Shown here piece by piece: positions 28,401 to 37,638 of a stretch of 64,000 bases of DNA. A program made the translations under genes and the position numbers. The first letter of the stretch is position 1, and each line of letters begins with the position of its first letter. The DNA is from a virus. Taxonomy: Duplodnaviria; Caudoviricetes. The stretch covers positions 96,001-160,000 of the IMG/VR virus record IMGVR_UViG_3300020360_000085, one strand, 5' to 3'. The notes beneath the pieces are model-generated. The model was not told the origin of the DNA. It searched no databases and saw nothing but the letters and a program-made list of their open reading frames with translations.

Positions 28401-28819
28401 GTGCTGAATCAGATACGCCTGTAGCAGACTTTACAGACTTGAGCGGTATTGCATACAGCAGTGGAAGTAATCAGTTTTTGTTAATGATAGAATCTCCAAG
28501 AAAGTTAGATTTTGATATTAGCGACGAGGACCAGAATACTGGCTTTTATAATTACGGACACCTTAACTATACTATGAGTGGAATATTTATGGTAACAAAA
28601 GTAATATCAAAATTTAGCGGTGGCATGTACACAAATGATGTACAGGCTGTCAGAATGCCTCAATACGAAACTGCAAAAATAGAACAAGTCAGAAAAATTG
28701 TAGATGGAAGAATGAAAAGTAAGACATCAGGCGTTGGTGAAAAAATAGGTGTAGGCACAGGCACAAGTGCAGATTTACCAGGAAATGTTCCTGCAACAGA
28801 TAATGGAGGCACTGATTAA
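25442..28819 (+). CDS. Baseplate hub protein (gp27/gpD-like), large
   Basis: Sits between gp53 and the spike. C-terminal MEIRGDPWY and SGIFMVTKVISKFSGGMYTNDV motifs. Confidence 0.65.
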   Translation: MADDTTTYVPGKAFTGTKTKKIRMSTYRPFTEEYKTWLASKNAYYNTEQPFLGTGEVSGGGNSYSVGLFDATLNERDNLVGDMVLSEASAQSLVADAQAQTSLEDYQTWFNDNAEVLKFIDEEDYAKIQKDFDSKKSGFTEEFLEEQLKGDNADHYKDNVLHEAVQQGKYLPNRVVGNVMDSYQVPMYYLRLFVMKKDAVARMHANIDETAVEKIAYKIERPDPNDIVVIAETGATDLTIDDLEIEHFADGEDTFATTSFNWTITEPGSITLLDRLAAARNFCGFVSEGAASGETFGNRPAANGIPYFLEISLKGYKDDVENIDNGGGTAEHIIGPYIHELAYLKFDMNIGPEGAVYNFSAHPKDNIGRFSTFNRIKEHIKITGESITELLDALEEKLEQSNKHAYRNSVEKEENIPTYLINFDGLVNNPYQKNDQLRGGDRGADGTYEGRIDEFEDSGYRDSFDDAMDRGAANAGSYDPAYAPDGIDNFLYVDPTRVNAGTTTYDPGTFGSRGTLESSYQNEYGVGVTAGTGGTVSDLLGENDDAISIIKDFNKDVNTDPDHVLTEEELAEVRAVLSTPSYVTIDATAGTAIGDIIESIMSLSYDLINVATRMRDAENPEGEVDKTKTFVNWFKVTETVNYDYEKYDNKMQTYIPTIEYRVRLTKEARTDVGISTKELSMTLTHEEIASRIEELGIAKEYLYYFTGLNDQIMTLDMSFNEAFALKAPLYGSDNYREQLAFASAREVNQDETEMLGLVPGIMAEADASNKEEKANKFLSDIENLFKTGGDVADSLGQSIKTIANEMYLGGAYDNGDAVVEAIKGGNQALKNEFAEQLARSEIGQQVVNATLVKSQISPQDGSSTSSDGNASVDNTTITSNVPLFASEIFPGLEGKSDDPRIEAEYERQLDDFIEQKMQVVVDAGPLKYREGPIAEVERGSVRATTFAHLMNSYKTGAVSNMKIDMEIRGDPWYMGKGNFYDSNNDEGAESDTPVADFTDLSGIAYSSGSNQFLLMIESPRKLDFDISDEDQNTGFYNYGHLNYTMSGIFMVTKVISKFSGGMYTNDVQAVRMPQYETAKIEQVRKIVDGRMKSKTSGVGEKIGVGTGTSADLPGNVPATDNGGTD

Positions 28820-31140
28820 TGGGTGTTGGAGCAGAAATAGATCAAGATGCCAAAAATAAAGGTGGACTATCTGATGCTGTAGGATCACTTAAATTAACAG
28901 GCATCCATTTGGGTGTTGTAAGATCTACAAAAAGTTATAGTCGTGATGGAAAAATAGTTGTTTATATGTCTGTTTTAGGTGGAACAGGAGATATTAATGA
29001 AGAACCTGATCCAAAGACAAAATTAAGAGTAGGAGAAATAGAAGTACGATGGACTTCTCCATTTGCAGGTATTACAAATGCCGCAGAAAACAATCTGGAA
29101 GATGCAGACCCTAGAGATTACAAACTAGCACAACAGAGTTATGGTTTCTGGATGCAACCACCTGATAGAAATAATATAGTATTGGTATGTTTTGCTAGTG
29201 GTAATATATCTGATGCATACATTGTGTCTTGTGTGCCAGGGCCTTTAGGAAAACAAGCAATGATGCCTGCATGTACAGGTAGCGATTTTACCTATTCTAG
29301 TGGCGCAGGTTACCGTTTGCCTACAACAGAAAAATCTTTAATAGATCCAGTTGCACAGGAAGGCACAGACCAACCTAGACCTGTATATTTAGATGCCGCA
29401 GAAGCACTTGTAAAACAAGGCTTAGTAAATGATGGTGTAAGAGGAACTACAAAGCATGGAATAAAATCTGCAGACACACCTCAAGTTTATGGAATACTTA
29501 CACCTGGCCCACAATCTCCAGATAAAAATGATCCTGAAAGTTACAGATTACCAGGACATAGTTTTGTTATGGACGACACACCAGAAAACAGGCACATCAG
29601 ATTGCGTACTGGAGGTGGTAATCAAATATTAATGAACGATGCTGAAGGCATAATTTACTTGATTAATAAAGAAGGTACAGCATGGGTAGAATTATCTAAA
29701 GATGGCAGTATTAACCTATTTGGTGAAGGCTCAATTAACATGAGAGCAAAAGGCAGTTTTAACATTAGAGCAGATAAAGATGTTAATATAGAAGCAGGTA
29801 AAAATTTAAAACTTAAAGCCGCAGGAGATATGCTAAAAGGAGAGTATGTTGGTATGCCTCCTGGCTATGACATGAAAACACATACTGGAGCAATAGGTTC
29901 TGGAGGTTCTATACATATAGAATCTGTGAGTGGTACAACAATACAAGCAGGAACAAATGCAGTATTAGACGCACATACAGGAGATTTAAGTTTAAAAGCG
30001 GCTAACAGATTAGCCGCAGATGGTAGAAAAATTGATATAATTAGTACTATAAAAAATCCTCCTGCAGGAGATACAGATGCTGTAGGTGGTATTAATATTA
30101 GTTCAGCAGGAGGTCCTGTAGGAATATTAGGAACAACAGGACTTAATTTAGTTGGTACAGCAGGAATAGGATTAGCAGGTGTGCCAATTTTACTTAACTC
30201 GCCACCAGGTGCCGCTGGAATTGTACCACAAATAGGACTACCTGGAAAAGGTGCCAAAAGTATGAGTATGATAGATCATCCAGATTACAGTTCTGAACCA
30301 CCTCCTTTTGATAGAGATAACATAGAAAATTTAATGCCTACAGATGGTGAAAGAGAAGAACTTGATGGTGTACAAAGTATTGTAAGTGTTATGCCTACTG
30401 CAGAGCCTTATGCAGGGCATTATGTTTCTTCAGCAATAGCAGACTCCAATAGTGGAATGATGACTGAAACCACAGACGGAAGTGCTGATGTTGATGATGA
30501 AACTACTACAAGTAATGATCCATTTATAGGCTATAAAACAGAAATTAAAAAAGTTATAGAAGAAGTTAAAAAGAAAAGAAAAGAAGAAGATATGTCAAAC
30601 TTCTTAAAAAATATATCTAAAATTAATATACCTGGGATAGATTTGTTATCTTCAATAGACCCAAATGATCCTAGTTCATTAGCAAATTTAAGTAATTTTA
30701 ATCTTGGTCCATTACAAGGTGAACTAGATGCATTAATGAATTATGAAGGATATTTACAAGGACTTTTGGGTGTAGAATTTCCAATTAACATACCTACTGT
30801 AAATTCTTTAATTGGTGATTATGTAATAGGATATGGTATTAACTTAGATCAATATATGTTTGATTTACAACAATTACAAATAGACTTTAATGGAATTATG
30901 GCAGAAGCAAATAGTTTGATGGATATGGCAAATAACCCTATGGGAATGATTAACGATTTAGCAAATAGCACAATTGGAGATGTTACTAAAAGTTTAGGAA
31001 TAGACAATATTAAAAATGTTACAGATGTAAGTAATTTATCAAGTAGTTTAATGGCAAAAACAAACATGTCATCAGATGATTTAAATGGCATGGTTAATGA
31101 TGTTACTAATGCACTTGCATTGGGAGGTGGAGATGGCTAA
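28819..31140 (+). CDS. gp5: Central spike protein, gp5/VgrG-like
   Basis: N-terminal OB-fold (GVVRST, FWMQPPD.NNIVLVCFASG), then GHSFVMDD...HIRLRTGGG beta-helix repeats. Confidence 0.8.
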   Translation: MGVGAEIDQDAKNKGGLSDAVGSLKLTGIHLGVVRSTKSYSRDGKIVVYMSVLGGTGDINEEPDPKTKLRVGEIEVRWTSPFAGITNAAENNLEDADPRDYKLAQQSYGFWMQPPDRNNIVLVCFASGNISDAYIVSCVPGPLGKQAMMPACTGSDFTYSSGAGYRLPTTEKSLIDPVAQEGTDQPRPVYLDAAEALVKQGLVNDGVRGTTKHGIKSADTPQVYGILTPGPQSPDKNDPESYRLPGHSFVMDDTPENRHIRLRTGGGNQILMNDAEGIIYLINKEGTAWVELSKDGSINLFGEGSINMRAKGSFNIRADKDVNIEAGKNLKLKAAGDMLKGEYVGMPPGYDMKTHTGAIGSGGSIHIESVSGTTIQAGTNAVLDAHTGDLSLKAANRLAADGRKIDIISTIKNPPAGDTDAVGGINISSAGGPVGILGTTGLNLVGTAGIGLAGVPILLNSPPGAAGIVPQIGLPGKGAKSMSMIDHPDYSSEPPPFDRDNIENLMPTDGEREELDGVQSIVSVMPTAEPYAGHYVSSAIADSNSGMMTETTDGSADVDDETTTSNDPFIGYKTEIKKVIEEVKKKRKEEDMSNFLKNISKINIPGIDLLSSIDPNDPSSLANLSNFNLGPLQGELDALMNYEGYLQGLLGVEFPINIPTVNSLIGDYVIGYGINLDQYMFDLQQLQIDFNGIMAEANSLMDMANNPMGMINDLANSTIGDVTKSLGIDNIKNVTDVSNLSSSLMAKTNMSSDDLNGMVNDVTNALALGGGDG

Positions 31141-31858
31141 ACCCAGCGAAATGGAAGTATTACGATCAGTAGTAGAAGGTCTTGTCAAAGAAGGAATTAC
31201 ACCTATATTTGATGGACCAAGTATTATTTTAATGGATAAAAAAGGCAATAAAGTGATAAATTTTGCTAATGGATTAGGACCTATTGGTTTAAATTTAACA
31301 ATGATGACTAAACTACAATCTGGTTCAAGAACTGTAAAACAATATGTAAAAGTACCTATATGCGAAAATCAATTATTGGCATTATCTAGTTTTTGTAGCC
31401 ATATTGGTCCTAGTAATTTTATTAGAAGTGGGGTACTAAGAGAACTTAATAATAAACGTTATAATATTATACCTCAAATGCTACAAAGATGGAAAACAGG
31501 TCAAGTGGGCGAATCTAAAACACCAAAAGTAAGACAAGATTTTATACACAGACGTCAATTCGAAGCGGAACTTTTTACTACACCTGATATTGTTAAAATT
31601 GAATTCAATATAGATGATATGAACAGTAAAGTAACTTGGAAACAATTAACTGCTAAATTAAGACGTTTAACAAGAGAAGCATTACAAGAATTAAAAACAA
31701 GACAAGCAAGAGGTGAACTTTTGGAATTTGGCGATATATCAAATATGATAAGACTAAATGATAGATTAAACAATCCGTTAGACGAAATAGTTATAGGTGG
31801 TCCTGTAGATCCAGGATACACACCCCCAGAAGTTCCTATGCCAGGTTTAAAATATTAA
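31133..31858 (+). CDS. Lysozyme-like protein (GH24 C-terminal lobe)
   Basis: GGAGG RBS and ATG at 31133. The segment VKVPICENQLLALSSF..HIG..NF..S.VLRELN...W...RRQFEAELF follows the GH24 pattern. No catalytic N-lobe is evident in this ORF. Confidence 0.7.
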   Translation: MAKPSEMEVLRSVVEGLVKEGITPIFDGPSIILMDKKGNKVINFANGLGPIGLNLTMMTKLQSGSRTVKQYVKVPICENQLLALSSFCSHIGPSNFIRSGVLRELNNKRYNIIPQMLQRWKTGQVGESKTPKVRQDFIHRRQFEAELFTTPDIVKIEFNIDDMNSKVTWKQLTAKLRRLTREALQELKTRQARGELLEFGDISNMIRLNDRLNNPLDEIVIGGPVDPGYTPPEVPMPGLKY

Positions 31859-32052
31859 GACTGTTTTTTAAGTTCGTCTTGTAAGTCTTGAATTTTTACA
31901 TAAGCACGATATTTCATATCCTGCTCATCTTTAATATTTTTTTCCAGCAATTTAATATGATTTTTTAGAACCTGACATTCGTTATTTTTTTCAACTAACA
32001 TACGTCTTAATTCTTCTTCTAAGGTATCATTTAATGTTGATATATCTGCCAT
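31855..32052 (-). CDS. Small coiled-coil hypothetical protein
   Basis: 65 aa. Coupled to the upstream hydrolase gene. Confidence 0.55.
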   Translation of the reverse strand: MADISTLNDTLEEELRRMLVEKNNECQVLKNHIKLLEKNIKDEQDMKYRAYVKIQDLQDELKKQS

Positions 32053-32678
32053 TATTTTTTTCCAAAAATTGTTTTATGTAATAAGTCTGTTACATTGTTA
32101 TTTAACAAAACAGCACTATGACCTGCTTCTATAAAGGTAGTTTCACTAGATTTAAATTTAGGTGGTGTAGCACTTTGGCTGTCACAATCTATCATACCAT
32201 CATTTGCTTTACCTCCTAAACCTGCAACAGGATTAGCACCTTTTGTACATACAATATTTGTGTGTAGTCCAGAAAATCTTTTTTCCTGTAATAGTGCTAA
32301 TACTTCTGCACCTGGTTTGGTATTTTTAAACATTAAACTGTTTCTCCAAAAATACCCGAAAATTCTTGCTACAGGTGTGCCCTGCCAAGGAGTTGCTATC
32401 GTAACTAAATGTTTTATTCTGTTTGGATACACACTAGCATACCAGGCCGCAAGTAGTCCGCCAAAACTATGACCAACTAGATATATAGGCTCTTTTCCAA
32501 ATTCTTTTTCTATTTGACGTCTAATTGTATCAACTACGTCGAATGGATCATCTTCCATGCTGTATTCAGGCGAAATAAACCTATGTTCTGGTAATTTTAG
32601 TGTATAATAGTTAAAATTATCAGGACATGCATTTGCACCATGTATGTAAACCACATTTTTCATATCTGTATTATACAT
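32052..32678 (-). CDS. Alpha/beta hydrolase (lipase/esterase fold)
   Basis: YIHGA oxyanion loop, GHSFGG nucleophile elbow, NDGMI Asp and GHS His. The start is either 32678 or 32663. Confidence 0.85.
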   Translation of the reverse strand: MYNTDMKNVVYIHGANACPDNFNYYTLKLPEHRFISPEYSMEDDPFDVVDTIRRQIEKEFGKEPIYLVGHSFGGLLAAWYASVYPNRIKHLVTIATPWQGTPVARIFGYFWRNSLMFKNTKPGAEVLALLQEKRFSGLHTNIVCTKGANPVAGLGGKANDGMIDCDSQSATPPKFKSSETTFIEAGHSAVLLNNNVTDLLHKTIFGKK

Positions 32679-32697
32679 GCTAATATTTATTTGTCAA
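32670..32697 (-). promoter_or_regulatory. Host sigma70-type promoter for the hydrolase
   Basis: TTGACA-N16-TATAAT, then 6 nt to ATG 32663. Confidence 0.7.
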
Positions 32698-32705
32698 GCA
32701 ATTAT

Positions 32706-32732
32706 AACTAGTTTTAACGAATATGATAAATA
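32706..32732 (+). promoter_or_regulatory. Extended late promoter 5 nt upstream of the gp25 ATG
   Basis: AACTAGTTTTAACGAATATGATAAATA-acagt-ATG. Confidence 0.65.
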
Positions 32733-32737
32733 ACAGT

Positions 32738-33109
32738 ATGGCAACAATATTCAAGGGATTTAGTACAGTAGACAAAATAAGAGCACCTTATAGTCTTTTC
32801 GATCAGGAACTTATAAAAAGAGATCTTTTAAATGAATTCCACACTAGAAAAGGAGAACGACTAATGAAGCCTAATTTTGGATCTATTATTCATGATTTGC
32901 TAATGGAACCAGAAGATACTATTACAGATGATGAAATTAGAGATGATATAACAAGAATTTGTGATAAAGATCCAAGAGTTGAAGTAAAAGATATTTTAAT
33001 TTTTACTGCAGATCATACTGTGAGAGCAGAAGTAATTTTAAAATATGTTCAAACTAATAATGAGGATATATTGTTTCTAGAATTTATAAGTGACACCGAG
33101 TACAACTAA
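32738..33109 (+). CDS. gp25: Baseplate wedge protein gp25-like
   Basis: LIKRDLLNEFHTRKGERLMKPNFGSII..LLMEP and DPRV motifs. Confidence 0.9.
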   Translation: MATIFKGFSTVDKIRAPYSLFDQELIKRDLLNEFHTRKGERLMKPNFGSIIHDLLMEPEDTITDDEIRDDITRICDKDPRVEVKDILIFTADHTVRAEVILKYVQTNNEDILFLEFISDTEYN

Positions 33110-36100
33110 TGGCATATTCAGAAAGACAAAATAACTTATTTGCCGCAGAAGATTGGAAAATAGCCTACAAGGCTTTCTCTAATGTAGACTTCACGTCTTA
33201 TGATTTTAACACATTAAGACTGGCAATGGTAAATTATATAAGAAATAATTTTCCTGAAAATTTTAACGATTACATAGAAAGTTCAGAATTTATTGCAATA
33301 ATAGAACTTATTGCTTTTGTATCGCAATCGTTAGCATTTAGAATGGATATGAACAGCAGGGAAAATTTTTTAGAAACTGCTGAAAGAAGAGATAGTGTAT
33401 TTAAACTTGCAAGAATGCTAGGATACACACCAAGAAGAAATGTACCAGCATCAGGTTTAGCAAAAATTGTATCTATAGAAACAAACGAAAACATTACAGA
33501 CAGTTTGGGAAATACTATAAGCAATAGGCCAGTATTTTGGGACGATGCAAACAATCCAGATGCTTATGAACAATTTATAACTATTTTAAATTCTGCATTA
33601 AGCAATACAAATAGATTTACGTCACCATCTAAAAAAGGAAAAGTAAACAATATTACTACAGAAATATATAGAATTGTTAGACAAATTAGTGCAAGTCAGG
33701 CCTTTCCATTTACATCATCGGTCCAAGGTGGTAAAAGAAATTTTGAAATTGTAGATGCAGACTTTATAGATGGCTCATACTTTTACGAAAGGCATCCTGA
33801 TCCTTTAAACAGTTTTGGTATAATTTATAGAAACGACGGATTGGGGATTAGTAGTAACAATTCTGGATTTTTTGTAATGTTTAAACAAGGAACCCTAACG
33901 TCAAAAACATTTAATTTTACAACACCTATACCTAGTAGAACACAAGATTTAGAAGTAGACGGTATTAACCAAACAGATTTATGGCTACAGGAAATTAGGC
34001 CTACAGGTTCAGTTATAAGCAAGTGGACACAAATTCCTAATACTGTAGGACAAACTGTAAACTTTAATGCCCAACAAGCCAATACAAGAGACTTATATGC
34101 TGTAGAAAGTTTATTTGGCGATCAAGTAAGATTTAAATTTACAGACGGTAATTTTGGAAGAATTCCAACAGGAGTTTATAGAACATGGTATAGAACCAGT
34201 GATGGTGAAAACTATATGATACAGCCAGAGGAAATGAGAAATAAAACAGTTACTATTCCTTATACTAATCAACAAGGTGTAAATTACAATCTTAAAATTA
34301 CATTTGCATTACAAACAGCAGTTAATAATGGATTACCTACAGAAAGCATTTCAAATATTAAAAAGAATGCATCGCAGGTTTATTATACACAAAACAGAAT
34401 GGTTAGTGCTCAAGACTATAATGTATTTCCATATAGTAAAAGTAGTAACATACAGAAACTTAAAGCAGTAAACAAAACTCATGCAGGACATAGTAGATAT
34501 ATAGATATAAATGATCCTACAGGAACTGTACAAAATGTAGAATTATTTGGCGACGATGGATATCTATACAAAGAATACAAAGAGTACAGCACAACTACTA
34601 CAATAAGTCCAAATAATACAGCAAATAATTTTGTAGAAAATACTTTACCATTAATTTTAAGAAATCAGGGCCTTAATAATTACTTGTACGAAACAGCAAG
34701 AAAAAAATGGGTAACATATAAAAATAATTCTTTTGATCTAGAAAGTTTAGATATAACATGGAGACCATTACCAGTAGCAAGTATAGGAAATACTGGTTAC
34801 ATGACAGAAACATCAAGTGTAAATTCTGCAGGGTCAGAATCTGTGCTTACAAATACATATGAAACATTTAAGCAAATACAAGAAAATAATTTTATAAAAT
34901 TTGTGAATCCTGATAATGTTGCAGAATATAAATGGGTCAGAATTACAAAAGAAACAAATGCAGGTCTTTTAACAAGTGGATTAAGTACTGCCACAGGACC
35001 ATGGACATTAAGTGCAGAAGTTCCAAGTGGTTGGAAAGCACATGAGGTTATTGTTACCTTAAGAAAAAAATTACAAGGATCTGAAATAGCATCAGTACAA
35101 AGTCAGATAGAAAATAAGAAAACATTTGGCTTAGGATATAATCCAACATTTGTAAGTTCAAATTTATTAGCAGATACTTTTTATGTTATAGAAAATGAAA
35201 ATCTAGATAAAACAAACCCATTTGATGTTATAGATGTAGGTAAAACTTTGGGTACTCCTATAGACAGTAGTTGGTTTTTACTATTCACTTATGTGCCTAT
35301 AGATGAAAACTCATACAAATATGACATTACTGTTAGAGGCGAAAATTATATTATTCAGAGTAACAGTGAAATAAAATTTTATAATATTAATAATGTAAAA
35401 GTTGTAGATACTAATAATAAATCAAATATGGATAAAATTAGTATTACAACACTTAATAATAAACCTGGAAGTTCTGAAAGATTTAGATGGTATAATAGTA
35501 ATCCAGGAGTTGATAACCTTGGAGATTCATGGTATAGTGAAGAAACAGGAGCATACACAACACCTACAGCAAGTTCATATAGCATAGGATTACCATTAAG
35601 ATCTAGAGATACTAAATGGTTTGATGTAGGATTTAATTGGGAAAGTAATTTTGGTATTTTAAGAGTACCTAATTCAGGATTAAAAGCAGACGTTATAAGT
35701 TTAAATACTTTTGTAAACGATGCTTCTGTTTCTGTAAACACTTATTTTGATGACGGCACAGCGGCCGCACTTACAAGTAATGTAACAGTTGCAAATAATT
35801 TAGGAAGAATTAGTAAAATACCTGGTAATATTACAATACCATTTACAAATACAACATTTGGCTATAATATTTTAAACAGCGAAGGCAATGTAATGTATAA
35901 GCAGTATAATACAGGAACTGCAACCGTAGAAATTTTTCATGCAAACAGTTCAGGAGTTACTCATAGTTTTGGTGTTGGGGGTGCTACACATAATGCTAGT
36001 TCTTTAGGAAGATTAATTTTAGCAAATGTTGATGTAGCAACGGAAACAGGTAATTTAATTTATACAGATTTAGAAAATCAAAATTATTTATATGCAGAAG

Positions 36101-37638
36101 ACTCTAGTGGACAAAGATTTACAGATAAGATTGTAGTTGAGTATGAAACATTTAAAGAAAGACTTACACAAAATATTAATTGGCACATCACTGGAACTGT
36201 TAGACAGCCTGATGGATATACTGATCCTGCAAAAGTTATAGTTGCACCTTTTGATACAGACAACGATTTAGTACCAGATAGACCGTTGCAGTTTGCAGAA
36301 TTTGTTGACAATAATGATTTAGTATATTTTGAACAATACACAGATTTTGATGGTTATACTTATGAAAAACCGTCTAAAGGACAAATTTTAGATTTTCGTG
36401 GAGAAACAGCACTAGTAAGAGATGATGCAAGTGATACTATAAGTCATAGTTCATATAATAATCCAGTATCCTTTTTATTAACTTCATGGATTATAGTAGA
36501 CACATATAATATGGTTACTACATATTTACAAAATGACACAGGCAAGTTAAAAGGTGTAAAAGTTTATGTTGTAGGTGATGAAAAAGTTTATTTAATGACA
36601 CCCAATAGTACAAACACAAGCCAAATTAGACCTGTAGAAACAACAAAATTTAGTGTAAAACAAGGAAGAGGCGAAACACAAAATACCCTTTTACCTGAAC
36701 AATTACCTATGGTGTTCAAATGGGAACACATAGCAGACAAAGATGTTAGAGTAGATCCTAGTATTAGTAATGTAGTGGAAATGACTGTTTTAACAAAAAC
36801 GTATTACAATGATGTATTAAAGTATATAAATGTGCCAGGCACAAGTTACCCTTTACCTCCCACAAATACAGGATTAGCAACACAATTTGAAGGCTTAAAT
36901 GAATTTAAGAGTGCAAGTGATTCTATAATATTCAAAAGTGGAGAGTTTAGAAGGCTTTTTGGTACAGATGCTGAATCAGATTTACAAGCAAAATTTAGAG
37001 TTGTAAAACTTTCTGATTCAATAAGTGATAATGAAATTAAAAACAGAGTTGTAGGTGCTATAAATCAATATTTTAATGCATCTAATTGGGACTTTGGAGA
37101 AACATTTTACTTTACAGAGTTAAGTTCGTATATTCATCAGAGATTAGAAGGATTAATAGGAAGTATTGTACTGTTACCAAAAAATAGTAAAGGCCAATTT
37201 GGGGACCTATTTAGTATTAAGCCTGAAGCAAATGAATTATTCATTCCAACTACAAAGGTTACTGATATAGAAATTATTAGTAAACTTTCTAGAACAACAT
37301 TAGAAATAGAAGATACAGCAAATGTAAATGTGGCAAACGATGCCGTTAATACTTCAGGGCCATATGCTATTAATGGATACTATCCTTTATATGCAGATCA
37401 ATCTTTAGCAAATGCGGCCGGAAATGGTTCTAGTCATATACATAAATTTTATGGACAAGTATTTTACATGCCAGATGGTTTAGTTATGAACAAGACAATG
37501 TTCCATGGAAACTATACAGGAGACAGTACAATAACTGATTCTTCTAGTAGTTCATCCTCAAGTTCATCAAGTTCATCAAGCAGTAGCAGTAGCAGTAGTG
37601 GAAGTGGCGGTAGTGGTTCAAGTGGAAGTGGTTACTAA
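33109..37638 (+). CDS. gp6: Baseplate wedge protein gp6-like (1509 aa)
   Basis: DFTSYDFNTLR..MVNYIR, ENFLETAERRDSV..LARMLGY, FTDGNFG and QNRMVSAQDY motifs. Confidence 0.85.
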   Translation: MAYSERQNNLFAAEDWKIAYKAFSNVDFTSYDFNTLRLAMVNYIRNNFPENFNDYIESSEFIAIIELIAFVSQSLAFRMDMNSRENFLETAERRDSVFKLARMLGYTPRRNVPASGLAKIVSIETNENITDSLGNTISNRPVFWDDANNPDAYEQFITILNSALSNTNRFTSPSKKGKVNNITTEIYRIVRQISASQAFPFTSSVQGGKRNFEIVDADFIDGSYFYERHPDPLNSFGIIYRNDGLGISSNNSGFFVMFKQGTLTSKTFNFTTPIPSRTQDLEVDGINQTDLWLQEIRPTGSVISKWTQIPNTVGQTVNFNAQQANTRDLYAVESLFGDQVRFKFTDGNFGRIPTGVYRTWYRTSDGENYMIQPEEMRNKTVTIPYTNQQGVNYNLKITFALQTAVNNGLPTESISNIKKNASQVYYTQNRMVSAQDYNVFPYSKSSNIQKLKAVNKTHAGHSRYIDINDPTGTVQNVELFGDDGYLYKEYKEYSTTTTISPNNTANNFVENTLPLILRNQGLNNYLYETARKKWVTYKNNSFDLESLDITWRPLPVASIGNTGYMTETSSVNSAGSESVLTNTYETFKQIQENNFIKFVNPDNVAEYKWVRITKETNAGLLTSGLSTATGPWTLSAEVPSGWKAHEVIVTLRKKLQGSEIASVQSQIENKKTFGLGYNPTFVSSNLLADTFYVIENENLDKTNPFDVIDVGKTLGTPIDSSWFLLFTYVPIDENSYKYDITVRGENYIIQSNSEIKFYNINNVKVVDTNNKSNMDKISITTLNNKPGSSERFRWYNSNPGVDNLGDSWYSEETGAYTTPTASSYSIGLPLRSRDTKWFDVGFNWESNFGILRVPNSGLKADVISLNTFVNDASVSVNTYFDDGTAAALTSNVTVANNLGRISKIPGNITIPFTNTTFGYNILNSEGNVMYKQYNTGTATVEIFHANSSGVTHSFGVGGATHNASSLGRLILANVDVATETGNLIYTDLENQNYLYAEDSSGQRFTDKIVVEYETFKERLTQNINWHITGTVRQPDGYTDPAKVIVAPFDTDNDLVPDRPLQFAEFVDNNDLVYFEQYTDFDGYTYEKPSKGQILDFRGETALVRDDASDTISHSSYNNPVSFLLTSWIIVDTYNMVTTYLQNDTGKLKGVKVYVVGDEKVYLMTPNSTNTSQIRPVETTKFSVKQGRGETQNTLLPEQLPMVFKWEHIADKDVRVDPSISNVVEMTVLTKTYYNDVLKYINVPGTSYPLPPTNTGLATQFEGLNEFKSASDSIIFKSGEFRRLFGTDAESDLQAKFRVVKLSDSISDNEIKNRVVGAINQYFNASNWDFGETFYFTELSSYIHQRLEGLIGSIVLLPKNSKGQFGDLFSIKPEANELFIPTTKVTDIEIISKLSRTTLEIEDTANVNVANDAVNTSGPYAINGYYPLYADQSLANAAGNGSSHIHKFYGQVFYMPDGLVMNKTMFHGNYTGDSTITDSSSSSSSSSSSSSSSSSSSSGSGGSGSSGSGY
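37540..37635 (+). repeat. Low-complexity Ser/Gly C-terminal tail of gp6
   Basis: Encodes a long Ser run then GSGGSGSSGSGY, using mixed TCN/AGY codons. Confidence 0.85.
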
